DNA of 64,000 nt from Eledone cirrhosa. Its lineage: Eukaryota. Where the stretch lies: assembly GCA_964016885.1 (NCBI GenBank), contig OZ024742.1:225184001-225248000 (forward strand), in the 5' to 3' direction. The notes under the pieces are model-generated. The model was not told the origin of the DNA. It did no database searches and saw nothing but the letters and a program-made list of their open reading frames with translations. Of this stretch, positions 28,393 through 39,437 are shown one piece after another (position 1 is the first letter of the stretch; each line of letters begins with the position of its first letter). Both the position numbers and the translations under genes were made by a program.

Positions 28393-29468
28393 ATGATACG
28401 AAACGAAAGGAGCTGTGTGGTTACTAAAAACGAAAGGGGCTGTGTGGTTTAGGATGATGATTAGGACGGAACAAGAGGAGAAAAGAAGAAAGGAGAATCC
28501 TTCGCCAGCTGTAAATATCCCGATCAGATGATTCGGCGCTGAATTACAGGACATCTGTAGAGATCGGGAGCGCCCAAGGCCTTTTATTAATCAAAATCCC
28601 AGGAGGAAAAGAAGAGAGAAAGGAGAGAAAAAAAAAGAGAGAAAAAAAAGGAGAGAGAAAAAGGAAAAAGAGGGAAAAGAGGAAGAACAGAGGGGGGTGA
28701 GGAGAGTGGAAGAAAGAGAGAAGGGGAAAAGGGAGAAAAAAGGAGAAAAAATAAGAGAAAAAATATAGAAGAAAAAGAGATGAACAAGTCCCATCGTGGG
28801 AACACACAGGAGAAAGAAACATGCAAATGAGTAACCGTGGAAAAATAGGGAAAGTAAGTTGTGGCCAGCCTGAGAGAATTAAGCCTGGTGGTCAGCTACG
28901 ACTCGGAGCCGGTATTAATCGTGTTGACTATATCATAGCCAAGAGAGAGTGAGAGAGAGAGAGAGACGGCCAACCGGAAGTGAGGGGGAGAAGGGAAAGG
29001 GAGATAATCCAGAAGGTTTTTTTTTACGACGGTGGTAAAAACGTGTCGCAAAAGATTGCGAACAGAGAAGGCCCTACGACACGAGTAAACATGTCAACAC
29101 GGTTACTCATTTGCATGTTTCTTTCTCCTGTGTCTTCCCACGATGGGACTCGTTCATCTTTTTTTCTTCTATATTTTTTCTCGTATTTTTTCTCCCTTCT
29201 CCCTTTCACCTTCTCTCTTTCTTCCTCTATCCTCATCATTTTCCCCCCTATGTCCTTCCTCTTTTCCCTCTTTTTCCTTTTTTTCTCTCCTTTCTCTCTC
29301 TTTTTCCTCCTGGCCTATTGGTTAATAAAAGGCCTTGGGCGCTGCCGATTTCTACAGATGTCCTGTAAGTCAGCGCCGAAACATCTGATCGGGATATTTA
29401 CAGCTGGCGAAGGATTTTCCTTTCTTCTTTTCTCCTCTTGTTCCGTCCTAACCACCATCCTAAACCTT
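28392..29468. mobile_element. Inverted-arm non-coding element in (TA)n; each arm carries a decayed permuted hammerhead
   Basis: ~28450-28838 is the diverged reverse complement of ~29100-29467; homologous to 41290-41545. Confidence 0.8.
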
Positions 29469-29697
29469 ATATATATATAGGGACAGTAAGGTCAAGTTAT
29501 GGTTGGTTCACCAAAGTGAGCACTCAATGCGTAGTCTCCAGTATTTACTTTGGGGTTGTACTAAGAAGAGTGTAATATTAATAAGTATGGACGAGGTGTC
29601 AAATTTTCATTAAGTTTATTCAGGTGTGACGCGCGTTTCGCAATTGATCAGCTCAGGATTCGATGTCCACTGATCGGGCTCGACGCTGGAATGAAAA

Positions 29698-30000
29698 GCT
29701 ACATATCTCCCCGCTTTTGCTGAAGCTAAACTAAGCTGGATTCTTAAAGAATTCTGCTTATGTTTATGAGCTGTTAAAACTCATTTGCATACGGAGCGGT
29801 TGCCGGCCTTGCATCAATTAGAAATTTGTATTGGTGCTCCGAAATAGCGATATACATGTGAATGTTCGTATTGCATATTTTAAAATATACGCGGTATTTT
29901 TATGAAAAAAAAACGAACGTCACATACCTAGCTTCAGCAAAAGCAGGGGAGAGTAATCGACCATGCCACCGTTTCTCATTATTCTTGAAGGTCACTACAT
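29698..30000 (-). mobile_element. Diverged single-unit relative of the 310-bp HHR repeat
   Basis: GAGCGGTTGCCGG...AATTAGAAATTTG...TGCTCCGAAATAGCGATATACATGTGAAT, CTACATATC and GTAATC align with the 310-bp unit; HHR core decayed. Confidence 0.75.
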
Positions 30001-31470
30001 ATGAATGTGATTGCTGTCAGCAAGACCATGATTTCCGACAGGCACACACTAGCCCCCATTTTCGACGACAATCTGATCTTTGCATCACTTAGTCGGCTAG
30101 GAATGGGAAGTGGGGTGGCAATGCTGTTTAGGAACGGCCTGGATCTCGAGGTAAGGTTGATCTTCCGGATCCCGGATGATAAGTTGGTGGTCCTGGACGT
30201 GAACAATAGCGAAAGTCGAGCCTTTAGACAGGTGGCTGTCTACGCCCCGACCGGGGCTAGACGGCTGGACTTCTTTAGGCGCCTGGAAGTCTTTGTAGTA
30301 ACGTCTTGTCCTTTACTGTTAACGGGGGACTGGAACGACATCTTAAACGCATGCTGGGATTGTGTGAGAGTAGCTGATAGGAGCGCGGAAGCAAAAGCTT
30401 CAAGTACGTGATCAGCCATTTCTAACTGTTTGACAGGTATCGACTAGATTTCCCTAATGCACGAGTGTGGACCTGGACCAACCGTATAGGATCATCTAGA
30501 TCGTATATAGATAGGTTTTTCATTAGATCAATAGATGAGGATAGTATAGGTTGTCCACACTTTCAAACGGTCGCCTATTCTGTTTGCGATCTGTATAGTC
30601 GACCTAGATAGGAAACGCATGTTAGGACCTGGTTACTAGAACCTGAATATGTCGTTTCCGGCACGTAATGCTTACAAGGACCGGATCAACAATTTAGTTT
30701 AGCAGAGGTTTACAGGGGTGATCGTCAACAACTGGGGGGGGGGGACTCCCAAAATAGATATTAGAGTAATCTCAGTAGCTTTTAACAAAGAAGTAGAGTG
30801 AGAGAAAAATAGAAAGTAGGGGAAGCTGGTAGATAAGTTAGTCGAGGCTATTTGTAGTGGCATTGCAACTGACGTGGTAGCGACGAGAATGGCATTAGAT
30901 CATTTCTTCAATGCAGAACACGAAGGCTGCATTGTCAGAGCTCAGGCGCGTGCTCTAAGAAACTAGGGAACCAAAGCTGTTCGATGGGCGCGCGTTGCAG
31001 AAGCGCAGCGTGGTAACAAAACCACAATCCTGTCTTTGATGAACCGAAACGAATACGAGCTGGACGATTCCAGGCAGATGTGTGAGGCCTTTCGCCAGAA
31101 CTTTGCTCAGCTGTTAGGGCTAGCAGGGGCCGGAGATGGTAGCAGATTTCAGTTCCTACCTAGATGGCCTACTATGTCTCTCGCCAGTCGATGCTGAGCG
31201 CTGCGAAAGGCTAATAAGTTCAGCCGAGATTCGGGATGTCCTTCTTGGCTGCATGAGGCGCAAGTCACCTGGTTTGGATGGTCTACTCTATGAACTTTAC
31301 GTAGATATGCCAGACTTATTATCCGATCTCCTCGAAGCGCTCTATTGCAAATGGCATCAGAACGGGAGTATGCCCCTTTCTGTTAGCCGGGGCGTAGTGA
31401 CGCTGAAAAGGAGAGGCGGGCACAATAGGGATATGTTAGATAACTTTAGGCCCATAACTCTGCTTGTTAT
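30001..31470 (+). pseudogene. Decayed L1/Tx1-like ORF2 fragment (APE endonuclease + RT N-terminus)
   Basis: VAVYAPT, GDWN, KSPGLDGL and NFRPITLL; colinear with ORF2 at 62697-61130; multiple stops and frameshifts. Confidence 0.9.
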
Positions 31471-31734
31471 GCTACTAGAATCTTTTTAAACACGCTGACA
31501 CTATGTGTATATGTGTGTGCGCATGTGTATATGCATATGCATACATTTATATGTATAAGTATATAAATATAAATGCGCAAACTGACATACTTACAAAAAT
31601 ACACACTCACAGACATACATTCACACAAATACACATACATTTGTGTGAATGTATGTGAGTGATACATACATTAACATAAACACATACACACATACATTTA
31701 CACAAACACACACACACATACATTCACACATAGC

Positions 31735-32272
31735 GTAGCAAATGGAACGCTAGCCGCTGTTTTGCTATAGTTTTTTTCACCACCCCCTTCCTTCCTTTTA
31801 CACACACATACTTTCACACACACACACATTGTATGACGGACGGAAATCGCTCAAATTTATATATAGATTGTACACACAAGTGTAGTGAATGTTAGACGCT
31901 GTTTTCTGTAGTTTGTCATCACCCCTTCCTTCCTCAGTCATCTACAGTGTGTGACGTCATCACCTTTTCCTTCCTCAATCATCTCTACTGCATGATGTCA
32001 TCACCCCTTCCTTCTTCAATCATCTCTAGTGCGTGATGTCATCATCCCTTCCTTCCTCAATCATCTCAACTGTGTGACGTTATCACCCCTTCCTTCCGCA
32101 ATCATCTCTAGTGTGTGACGTCATCACCCCCTTCCTTCCACAGCCATCTCTATTACCTACCGTCATCACCCCTTCCGTCCTCAATCATCTCTAGTGAGTG
32201 ACGTCATCACTCCTTCCTTCCTCATTGTATGATGGACGGGCAGACAGAAGTCGCTCAAATTTATATAGAGAT
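31735..32272. mobile_element. Non-autonomous rolling-circle-like (DINE-1/Helentron-like) remnants with a ~41-bp internal tandem repeat (~8 copies, 31910-32225)
   Basis: The terminus GACGG...TCGCTCAAATTTATATA(T/G)AGAT occurs twice; unit TCATCACCCCTTCCTTCCTCAATCATCTCTAGTGTGTGACG. Confidence 0.5.
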
Positions 32273-32367
32273 TTCATTTCTAAGATAGTAACTTAATATA
32301 AGGTTCTTATATAAATGTTTGTTGGAAGATTTTAATTTAAATTGGAAACCTTTAAAACGGTGGTTAT

Positions 32368-34060
32368 ATGTCATAGAACCAGCGCTGGTTTTATGTCATA
32401 GAACCAGAGCCGGTTTTATGTCATAGAACCAAAGCCGGTTTTATGTCATAGAACCAGAGCCGGTTTTATGTCATAGAACGAAAGCCGGTTTTATGTCATA
32501 GAACCAGAGCCGGTTTTATGTCATAGAACGAAAGCCGGTTATATGTCATAGAACCAGCGCTGGTTTTATGTCATAGAACCAGAGACGGTTTTATGTCACA
32601 GAACCAGAGCCGGTTTTATGTCATAGAACCAGAGCCGGTTTTATGTCATAGAACGAAAGCCGGTTTTATGTCATAGAACCAGAGCCGGTTTTATGTCATA
32701 GAACCAAAGCCGGTTTTATGTCATAGAAACAGAGCTGGTTTTATATCATAGAACCAGAGTCGGTTTTATGTCATAGAACCAGAGCCAGTTATATGTCATA
32801 GAACCAGAGCCGGTTTTATGTCATAGAACCACAGCCGGTTATATGTCACAGAACCAGAGCCGGTTTTATGTCACAGAACCAGAGCCGGTTATATGTCATA
32901 GAACCAGAGCTGGTTTTATGTCATAGAACCAGAGCCGGTTTTATGTAATAGAACCAGAGCCGGTTATATGTCATAGAACCAGAGCTGGTTTTATGTCATA
33001 GAACCAGAGCCGGTTTTATGTCATAGAACCAGAGCCGGTTATATGTCATAGAACCAGAGCCGGTTTTATGTCATAGAACCAGAGCCGGTTATATGTCATA
33101 GAACCAGAGCCGGTTTTATGTCATAGAACCAAAGCCGGTTTTATGTCATAGAACCAGAGCCGGTTATATGTCACAGAACCAGAGCCGGTTTTATGTCACA
33201 GAACCAGAGCCGGTTTTATGTCATAGAACCAGAGTCGGTTTTACGTCATAGAACCAGAGCCGGTTATATGTCACAGAACCAGAGCCGGTTATATGTCATA
33301 GAACCAGATCTGGTTTTATGTCATAGAACCAGAGCCGGTTATATGTCATAGAACCAGATCTGGTTTTATGTCATAGAACCAGAGCCGGTTTTATGTCAGA
33401 ACCAGAGCTGGTTTTATGTCATAGAATCAGAGCTGGTTTTATGTCATAGAACCAGAGCTGGTTTTATGTCATAGAACCAGAGCCGGTTTTATGTCATAGA
33501 ACAAGAGCCGGTTTTATGTCATAGACCCAGAGCCGGTTTTATGTCATAGAACCAGAGCTGGTTTTATGTCATAGAACCAGAGCTGGTTTTATGTCATAGA
33601 ACGAGAGCCGGTTTTATGTCATAGAACCAGAGCCGGTTATATGTCATAGAACCAGAGCCGGTTATATGTCATAAAACCAGATCTGGTTTTATGTCATAGA
33701 ACCAGCGCCGGTTTTATGTCATAGAACCAGAGCTGGTTTTATGTCATAGAACCAGAGCCAGTTTTATGTCATAGAACCAGAGTCGGTTATATGTCATAGA
33801 ACCAGAGCTGGTTTTATGTCATAGAACCACAGCCGGTTATATGTCATTGAACCAGAGCCGGTTTTATGTCATAGAACCAGAGCTGGTTTTATGTCATAGA
33901 ACCAGAGTCAGTTTTATGTCATAGAACCAGAGCCGGTTATATGTCATAGACCCAGAGCCGGTTTTATGTCATAGAACCAGAGCTGGTTTTATGTCATAGA
34001 ACGAGAGCCGGTTATATGTCATAGAACCAGAGCTGGTTTTATCTCATAGAACCACAGCCG
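32368..34060. repeat. 25-bp minisatellite (GTCATAGAACCAGAGCCGGTTTTAT), ~67 copies
   Basis: Contiguous 25-bp periodicity with no spacers. Confidence 0.95.
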
Positions 34061-34395
34061 GGTTTCGCCAGGTTGGTAACTAAAGGGTGACATTAAAATA
34101 TATGATGCATCGTTAATTAAAAAAAAATTGGTTATATTCTGCGTTCTGTTATCGAATTCTCCCAGAGATTTACTGCAAAGTCTTTCCAAAGATAAGAACA
34201 AGAAAGAAGAAAGAAAAACAATACCGAGTAAGAAATGTTTAAATAATCTTTGGTAGATGCTGTGTTATCAGAATATGATAATTTCTAATCCAGCATGAAC
34301 CTTTTAGTAAAATAAATGACAAATATAAAAAAAAATATTTTAAACAGCTGCTCTTCTACTACTTGTACATCGTTAGTGTTTAGGCTTATATAATA

Positions 34396-34570
34396 AAGGC
34401 GTGTACCTGAGTGGTTAGAGAATTGGATTCGCAATCGTGAGGTTGTGATTTCGATTCCCGGACCGGTCGATGCGTTATGTCCTTGAGCAAGACAGTTTAT
34501 TTCACGTTCCTCCTCTACCCGGAGTTGCGACCGATAGATAGTATTAGCAACTGGAAAGACCAATGGAAAC
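34396..34570 (+). mobile_element. Second tRNA-derived SINE family
   Basis: tRNA-like head GGCGTGTACCTGAGTGGTTAG...TTCGATTCCCGGACC followed by CORE-like TGTCCTTGAGCAAGACA. Confidence 0.65.
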
Positions 34571-34608
34571 ATCGTTTCCTCGGTCCGATTTGACGAAAGT
34601 CGATCGTT

Positions 34609-34644
<36 letters not shown>

Positions 34645-34752
34645 CTGATGAAGGGTAATCACCCAGAAATATTATTAGAAATATTATTATTAATATTCGA
34701 AAAACTCAGATTACATTTATTGTATTCAGCCATGTAGAGCGATAACTAGCTG

Positions 34753-34794
<42 letters not shown>

Positions 34795-35784
34795 TAATAA
34801 AAACAAAGAACAAGTTCCTTATATTAAAAAATTCATCATTTTTTCGATCGTTTCTAGGATATATATGTGTGTTGGTATGTATATCATATAGATCTATGTA
34901 AAAATATTACAAACTATCAGAGGAAATATACATACCTTCACATATATATGCTGTCTTCAGAAATGATGAGATTTGTTTATTGAAAAAAACACAACAAAAA
35001 TTTAATATAATAGGTCTGTTTGGGAACAGGTTTTGAATTGACCAATAGAAAAGTAGTAAGAGGTCAAGTTGATAGAATAGTAGTAGTAGAAATTTAATTT
35101 AGGGGTAGAGGAATGCAGACTTATGTTTTGAATGGAAAGAATACTTTGAATGAAAAGAATACTTTGGGGATGAAAAGAGCTCAAGCCGGTGAAGGGTTCA
35201 CGAAAATTTGATGTTATTAAAGAATAATGTTAAAAATGAGGGAGAGTAAAATTTTAGGGTAAGGGTATTAGTGAGAAATACAAATCTTATTTAAACCACA
35301 AGGAATTTAGATCTATAACAAGAAATTAAATTAATTGATAGGTATACTTATAGGGATAAATTTATATTAATTCATATGGATGTGATAAATAAGAATTAGA
35401 TGTTATTAAAGAATGTTGTTAAAAACGAAGGAAAATAAAATTTGGGGATAAGGGTAGTAGTGAGAAATACCAATCTTATATAAGCTACAAGGAATCTAGA
35501 TTCATAACAGGAAATTAAATTAATTTATATGTATACTTTTAGGTATTAATTTTAGGAAAAGAGAGCTGTAAGAGGGAAATAAAATTATGAAGTTCTCTGT
35601 AGTAAAGTACCAATTATAGGTTAACTAAATTAAATAAACTAATTATAATAATATGTAAAATATAAGTGTAAGGTGTATATTAATTAGGTTTATAATATTT
35701 GAAGGTTCTTCTAATTCTATGATTGCAAGATATAATTAATTCTTGTCGCTTATTTAATAGGATATCATTAGATTTCATTATTTA

Positions 35785-35963
35785 AAGGCGGTGGATTGGC
35801 AGTATCGGTAGAGAGTCGGACGCCATGCTTTCCAGCATAGTTACGTCCCTTTATGATCTGAGTTCAAATCCCGCCGAGGTTGACTTTGCCTTTCATCCTT
35901 ACGGGGTCGATAAAATAAAGTACCCGTAATGCACTGGGTAATTGCCTAAAGTAGAAACAATTA
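35785..35963 (+). mobile_element. Near-full-length tRNA-derived SINE
   Basis: A box TGGCAGTATCGG, B box GAGTTCAAATCC, body and ATT tail. Confidence 0.85.
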
Positions 35964-35964
35964 T

Positions 35965-36463
35965 TTAAAGTAAAGGTAGGTGCGCGTAATCGGTCATGTC
36001 TGAGTGTGCAATCAATTACTAACTAGGTATACTAAGTGTGTAATCACTCTAACTATTTACTAGCTAGGTATTCTAAAAAAGTGCACTCAGCTGTGAGAAC
36101 TCCGTGGAAACACGTGAAACTTTTAATATTATTAGAGGCGGCCCCCTATTAATTAATAGGAGAGCAGATTTGTTTCAGCAACTGCCAACATAGAACCTCG
36201 AAAACCTTCCACAGGATTTTTGGAAGGTAACCTACCACTAACTCCTCCCTCTCTACTTTAGCCATAGAGTTGAGACGGCTAAGATTGTTTGCACACTTAC
36301 AAACGATACTCGGCCTGTTTCCACGGAGTTCTCACAGCTGAGTGCACTTTTTTAGAATACCTAGCTAGTAAATAGTTAGATTGATTACACACTTAGTATA
36401 CCTAGTTAGTAATTGATTGCACACTCAGACATGACCGATTACGCGCACCTACCTTTACTTTAA
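35965..36463. repeat. ~148-bp near-perfect inverted repeat (35965-36112 / 36316-36463)
   Basis: Arms are reverse complements with about one visible mismatch and a ~200-bp spacer. Confidence 0.9.
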
Positions 36464-37647
36464 GATACCTTAACCATTGAGTTCTCTCAGTTGGGATATA
36501 GCTAGTCGTATTACACACTTAGTTAGGACCGATTACGCTCTCAAGACATAACTCTACACACAGTACCCGTTTCCTTTAGACATTGAGCTCCCACAATTAC
36601 GACTGTCACGTTCCTACCGACTGAACACTACACTAGGTTTTGATCCGTGATCGTCTAGCCATGGAGGACTCACTGTTACGGATTGAACAATAATACTGAC
36701 ACACCATTTGGATTTTCCTATCCTGTGGATTTTACTATCCTTTGGATTTTACTATCCTGTGTTTTTTTACTTCACCTTCTGTGTTGGATAACACACCTCC
36801 ACCACTCAAACAACTACCTCAAAAGCTCATTGGCTCATATGACGGGAAATCGCACTTACGGACGCATTTACCCAATACCCAACCCTACACGGAGCTCTTT
36901 GCTGGCCTACATTGCGGTTGCTTGCACGTACAGATATGGTGACTCGGATTCTCAATGGGACAGCGGTACATACTGAGTTCGATATGAACTGATTGCTTGC
37001 TCTTCACATGGATGTACCCTTTTTTGGACGATTCGGATGTGTATATACCATAACATATACTTGAAGATATGGATGTTACAATTCAATCTATACACGTATA
37101 GCAGAACACTGAACTGAACTTACTTGCTTGTGCGTGTGTGTGTGGGGGGGGGGGGGCGTTGGTTAACCCAATATTTCCAATTTACATCGTCAAATTGAGA
37201 TTTGACCAATATAGCTTCTGTTGTTTTGTGAACTAACTTTCGGTGAGTGCTGTGTTGGTACACTCTTATATTTGTTTCCTTATATTTGTTTTTTCTCGGA
37301 CATCGCTTCGGTGTATGTGAGAGTGTGTGTGTACCCACCCACACTAACTCTACAGGTTTAATACTGTGTTGATGTGTGTATATATATGTATATATTTTTC
37401 TTTGACCTCGAGTCGGTGTATGCGGGTGAGGAATATGTGTGTATCCACTCACATTAACTGTGACTGACTGTATCCCTACAGATTTGATTGCTGTCCAGCG
37501 TCTTTTGCAGCGATAGAAATCTGAAAACTTTTATGACCTCAAAGTTAAGAGCAGTCGCCGTGTCTCTGACTGGTGTGTCTTCATATGAGGGAATGAATTA
37601 TGTGAGAGAACATCGTTATTTTCTCCCTCATATCAGGAATTTGAAGA

Positions 37648-37742
37648 CAATTCATTTTCACCTGATGAGATCAGTGATAATCGATCATGGCTTCACAATC
37701 GAACTATCTCTTGTTGAAACATGTGTCGTGATTAAATGATTG
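37648..37742 (+). ncRNA. Type I hammerhead ribozyme with long, interrupted stem II
   Basis: TCAC-CTGATGA-(47 nt; GATA/TATC and TCGAT/ATCGA pairings)-GAAA-CA(tg)TG-TC-GTGA; stem I extends to CAATTCATTT/AAATGATTG; GUC site at 37725-37727. Confidence 0.65.
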
Positions 37743-37766
37743 GAATTTTACCTTGCCTTCGGATTT

Positions 37767-37799
<33 letters not shown>

Positions 37800-37802
<3 letters not shown>

Positions 37803-38192
37803 GTAAACGGAATAGAAAATGCTGACAAATTGTTCACAGTTGAAAAATGGTTTAATTAGGAATAAAAGAGTATTAGTGATTGTATGGGTTAGTATTCAGT
37901 TGTGGTTTTAAGTTTTTAAGTTTTTACTGGTTGCGCATTTCTAAATGCTTTTCAAAAATAATTTTGAGATAGAGTGTCCGTGCTGTTTGCTCAGATCAGA
38001 GCAAACAGCACGGACACTCTATCTCAAAATTATTTTTGAAAAGCATTTAGAAATGCGCAACCGGTAAAAACTTAAAAACTTAAAACCACAACTGAATACT
38101 AACCCATACAATCACTAATACTCTTTTATTCCTAATTAAACCATTTTTCAACTGTGAACAATTTGTCAGCATTTTCTATTCCGTTTACCAAT
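37800..38192. repeat. ~390-bp near-perfect palindrome within (TA)n
   Basis: Arms of ~195 bp centred on GATC at 37994-37997; about two mismatches. Confidence 0.9.
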
Positions 38193-38226
38193 ATATAATA
38201 ACTTGTGTGTTACACCTCTATTATTT

Positions 38227-38307
<81 letters not shown>

Positions 38308-38901
38308 AGAAGCAAAAAATTGCTTATTGTGATCCAGTTTTTGGTTAAGAAAGCCAGTTTCATTGATGGTTTCGACGTACGGTTAGGGGTAACTCCACAA
38401 GTTTGTAAGAATTCCGTTCAATCTTGGAGTATAAAGTATAAAAGAGAAAACACAGGTAAGCATTAAGAGAAGGATTTTATCCAGGTATTTACGACCATTT
38501 CATTGGTAAGTGCAACCTTATATTGCTATACTGCAAATACCAGCCACTCAATTATAATTGTTGTTCACAGTCCAAATTTTCAAAATAGTGAGTTACTCTT
38601 GAAATAATTCTTAATATATAGAGAAAAACATTTATTTGGAATTGTATTTACTAGGATAGAGAGAGAGGAATCAGGAGGTGAGGGGACAGACGGCATAGTA
38701 TAGAGAGAGAAGAAGGGGGAAGAGGTAGGAAGTAGAATGACAAACTGAGATGGAGGGAGGGGTAGAGGTGGAAGGATTCTTTGGTCAGTTTTGATAGCAG
38801 ACATCATGTCGTGGAGTGTAGTGAGTTAAAGAGAATTAAATAGATAATAGTGGGAGGGATGGATAGAGAGGGAGAGAGAGGGGGGAGATATAAAGAGATA
38901 A

Positions 38902-38934
<33 letters not shown>

Positions 38935-38990
38935 GTTGATTTAAAACTGCACTATCCACAAGTGTTTTTAGCCTTCATATCATGTTCTCC

Positions 38991-39061
38991 TGTTTTATCT
39001 GATGAAAACACAAATATTATTGCATGATGATGTTTGTTTTTGAAATGCGCATAATAAAATA
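38991..39061 (+). ncRNA. Type I hammerhead ribozyme in a ~165-bp island between (TA)n tracts
   Basis: TGTTTTAT-CTGATGA-(AAACACAAATATTATT gcat GATGATGTTTGTTTTT hairpin)-GAAA-TG(cg)CA-TA-ATAAAATA; palindromic ATGCGCAT stem III; AUA site. Confidence 0.75.
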
Positions 39062-39091
39062 CATGGAACTCCTTTAACCATCTTTTGATCT

Positions 39092-39180
<89 letters not shown>

Positions 39181-39437
39181 TACATACACATACATATATA
39201 TATATAAAAAATAAAAATAAAGATAATAATGACAAAAATAAAAGCAAAGAAAGGGGTGAGAAAGAAGAAAAGAAAAGATAGCCAAGAAGGGGGAAGGAAG
39301 GAAGAAAACGAAGAAATAGAAGAGGAATGAGGGAGAAGAGGGGGATATATGTAATGGTTTTGTGGGTAATTAAAGGGTTTAGATATAAGAGGGTATAAAG
39401 TCTAAGTATATGCAGTTTGTCAGTTGGTAGTAAGAGG

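Noticed and set aside
29620-29695. Minus-strand GAAACGCGCGTC with an upstream hairpin
   Set aside because: The CTGANGA core is missing; probably a decayed HHR, not called.
32368-34060. CRISPR-like appearance of the 25-bp repeats (also the 40-bp repeats at 17174-26680)
   Set aside because: Units are contiguous with no unique spacers, there are no cas genes, and the context is eukaryotic.
34641-34680. CTGATGA-AGGG(taatca)CCCA-GAAA hammerhead-like motif between (TA)n tracts
   Set aside because: Stems I and III do not pair convincingly; at best a decayed HHR.
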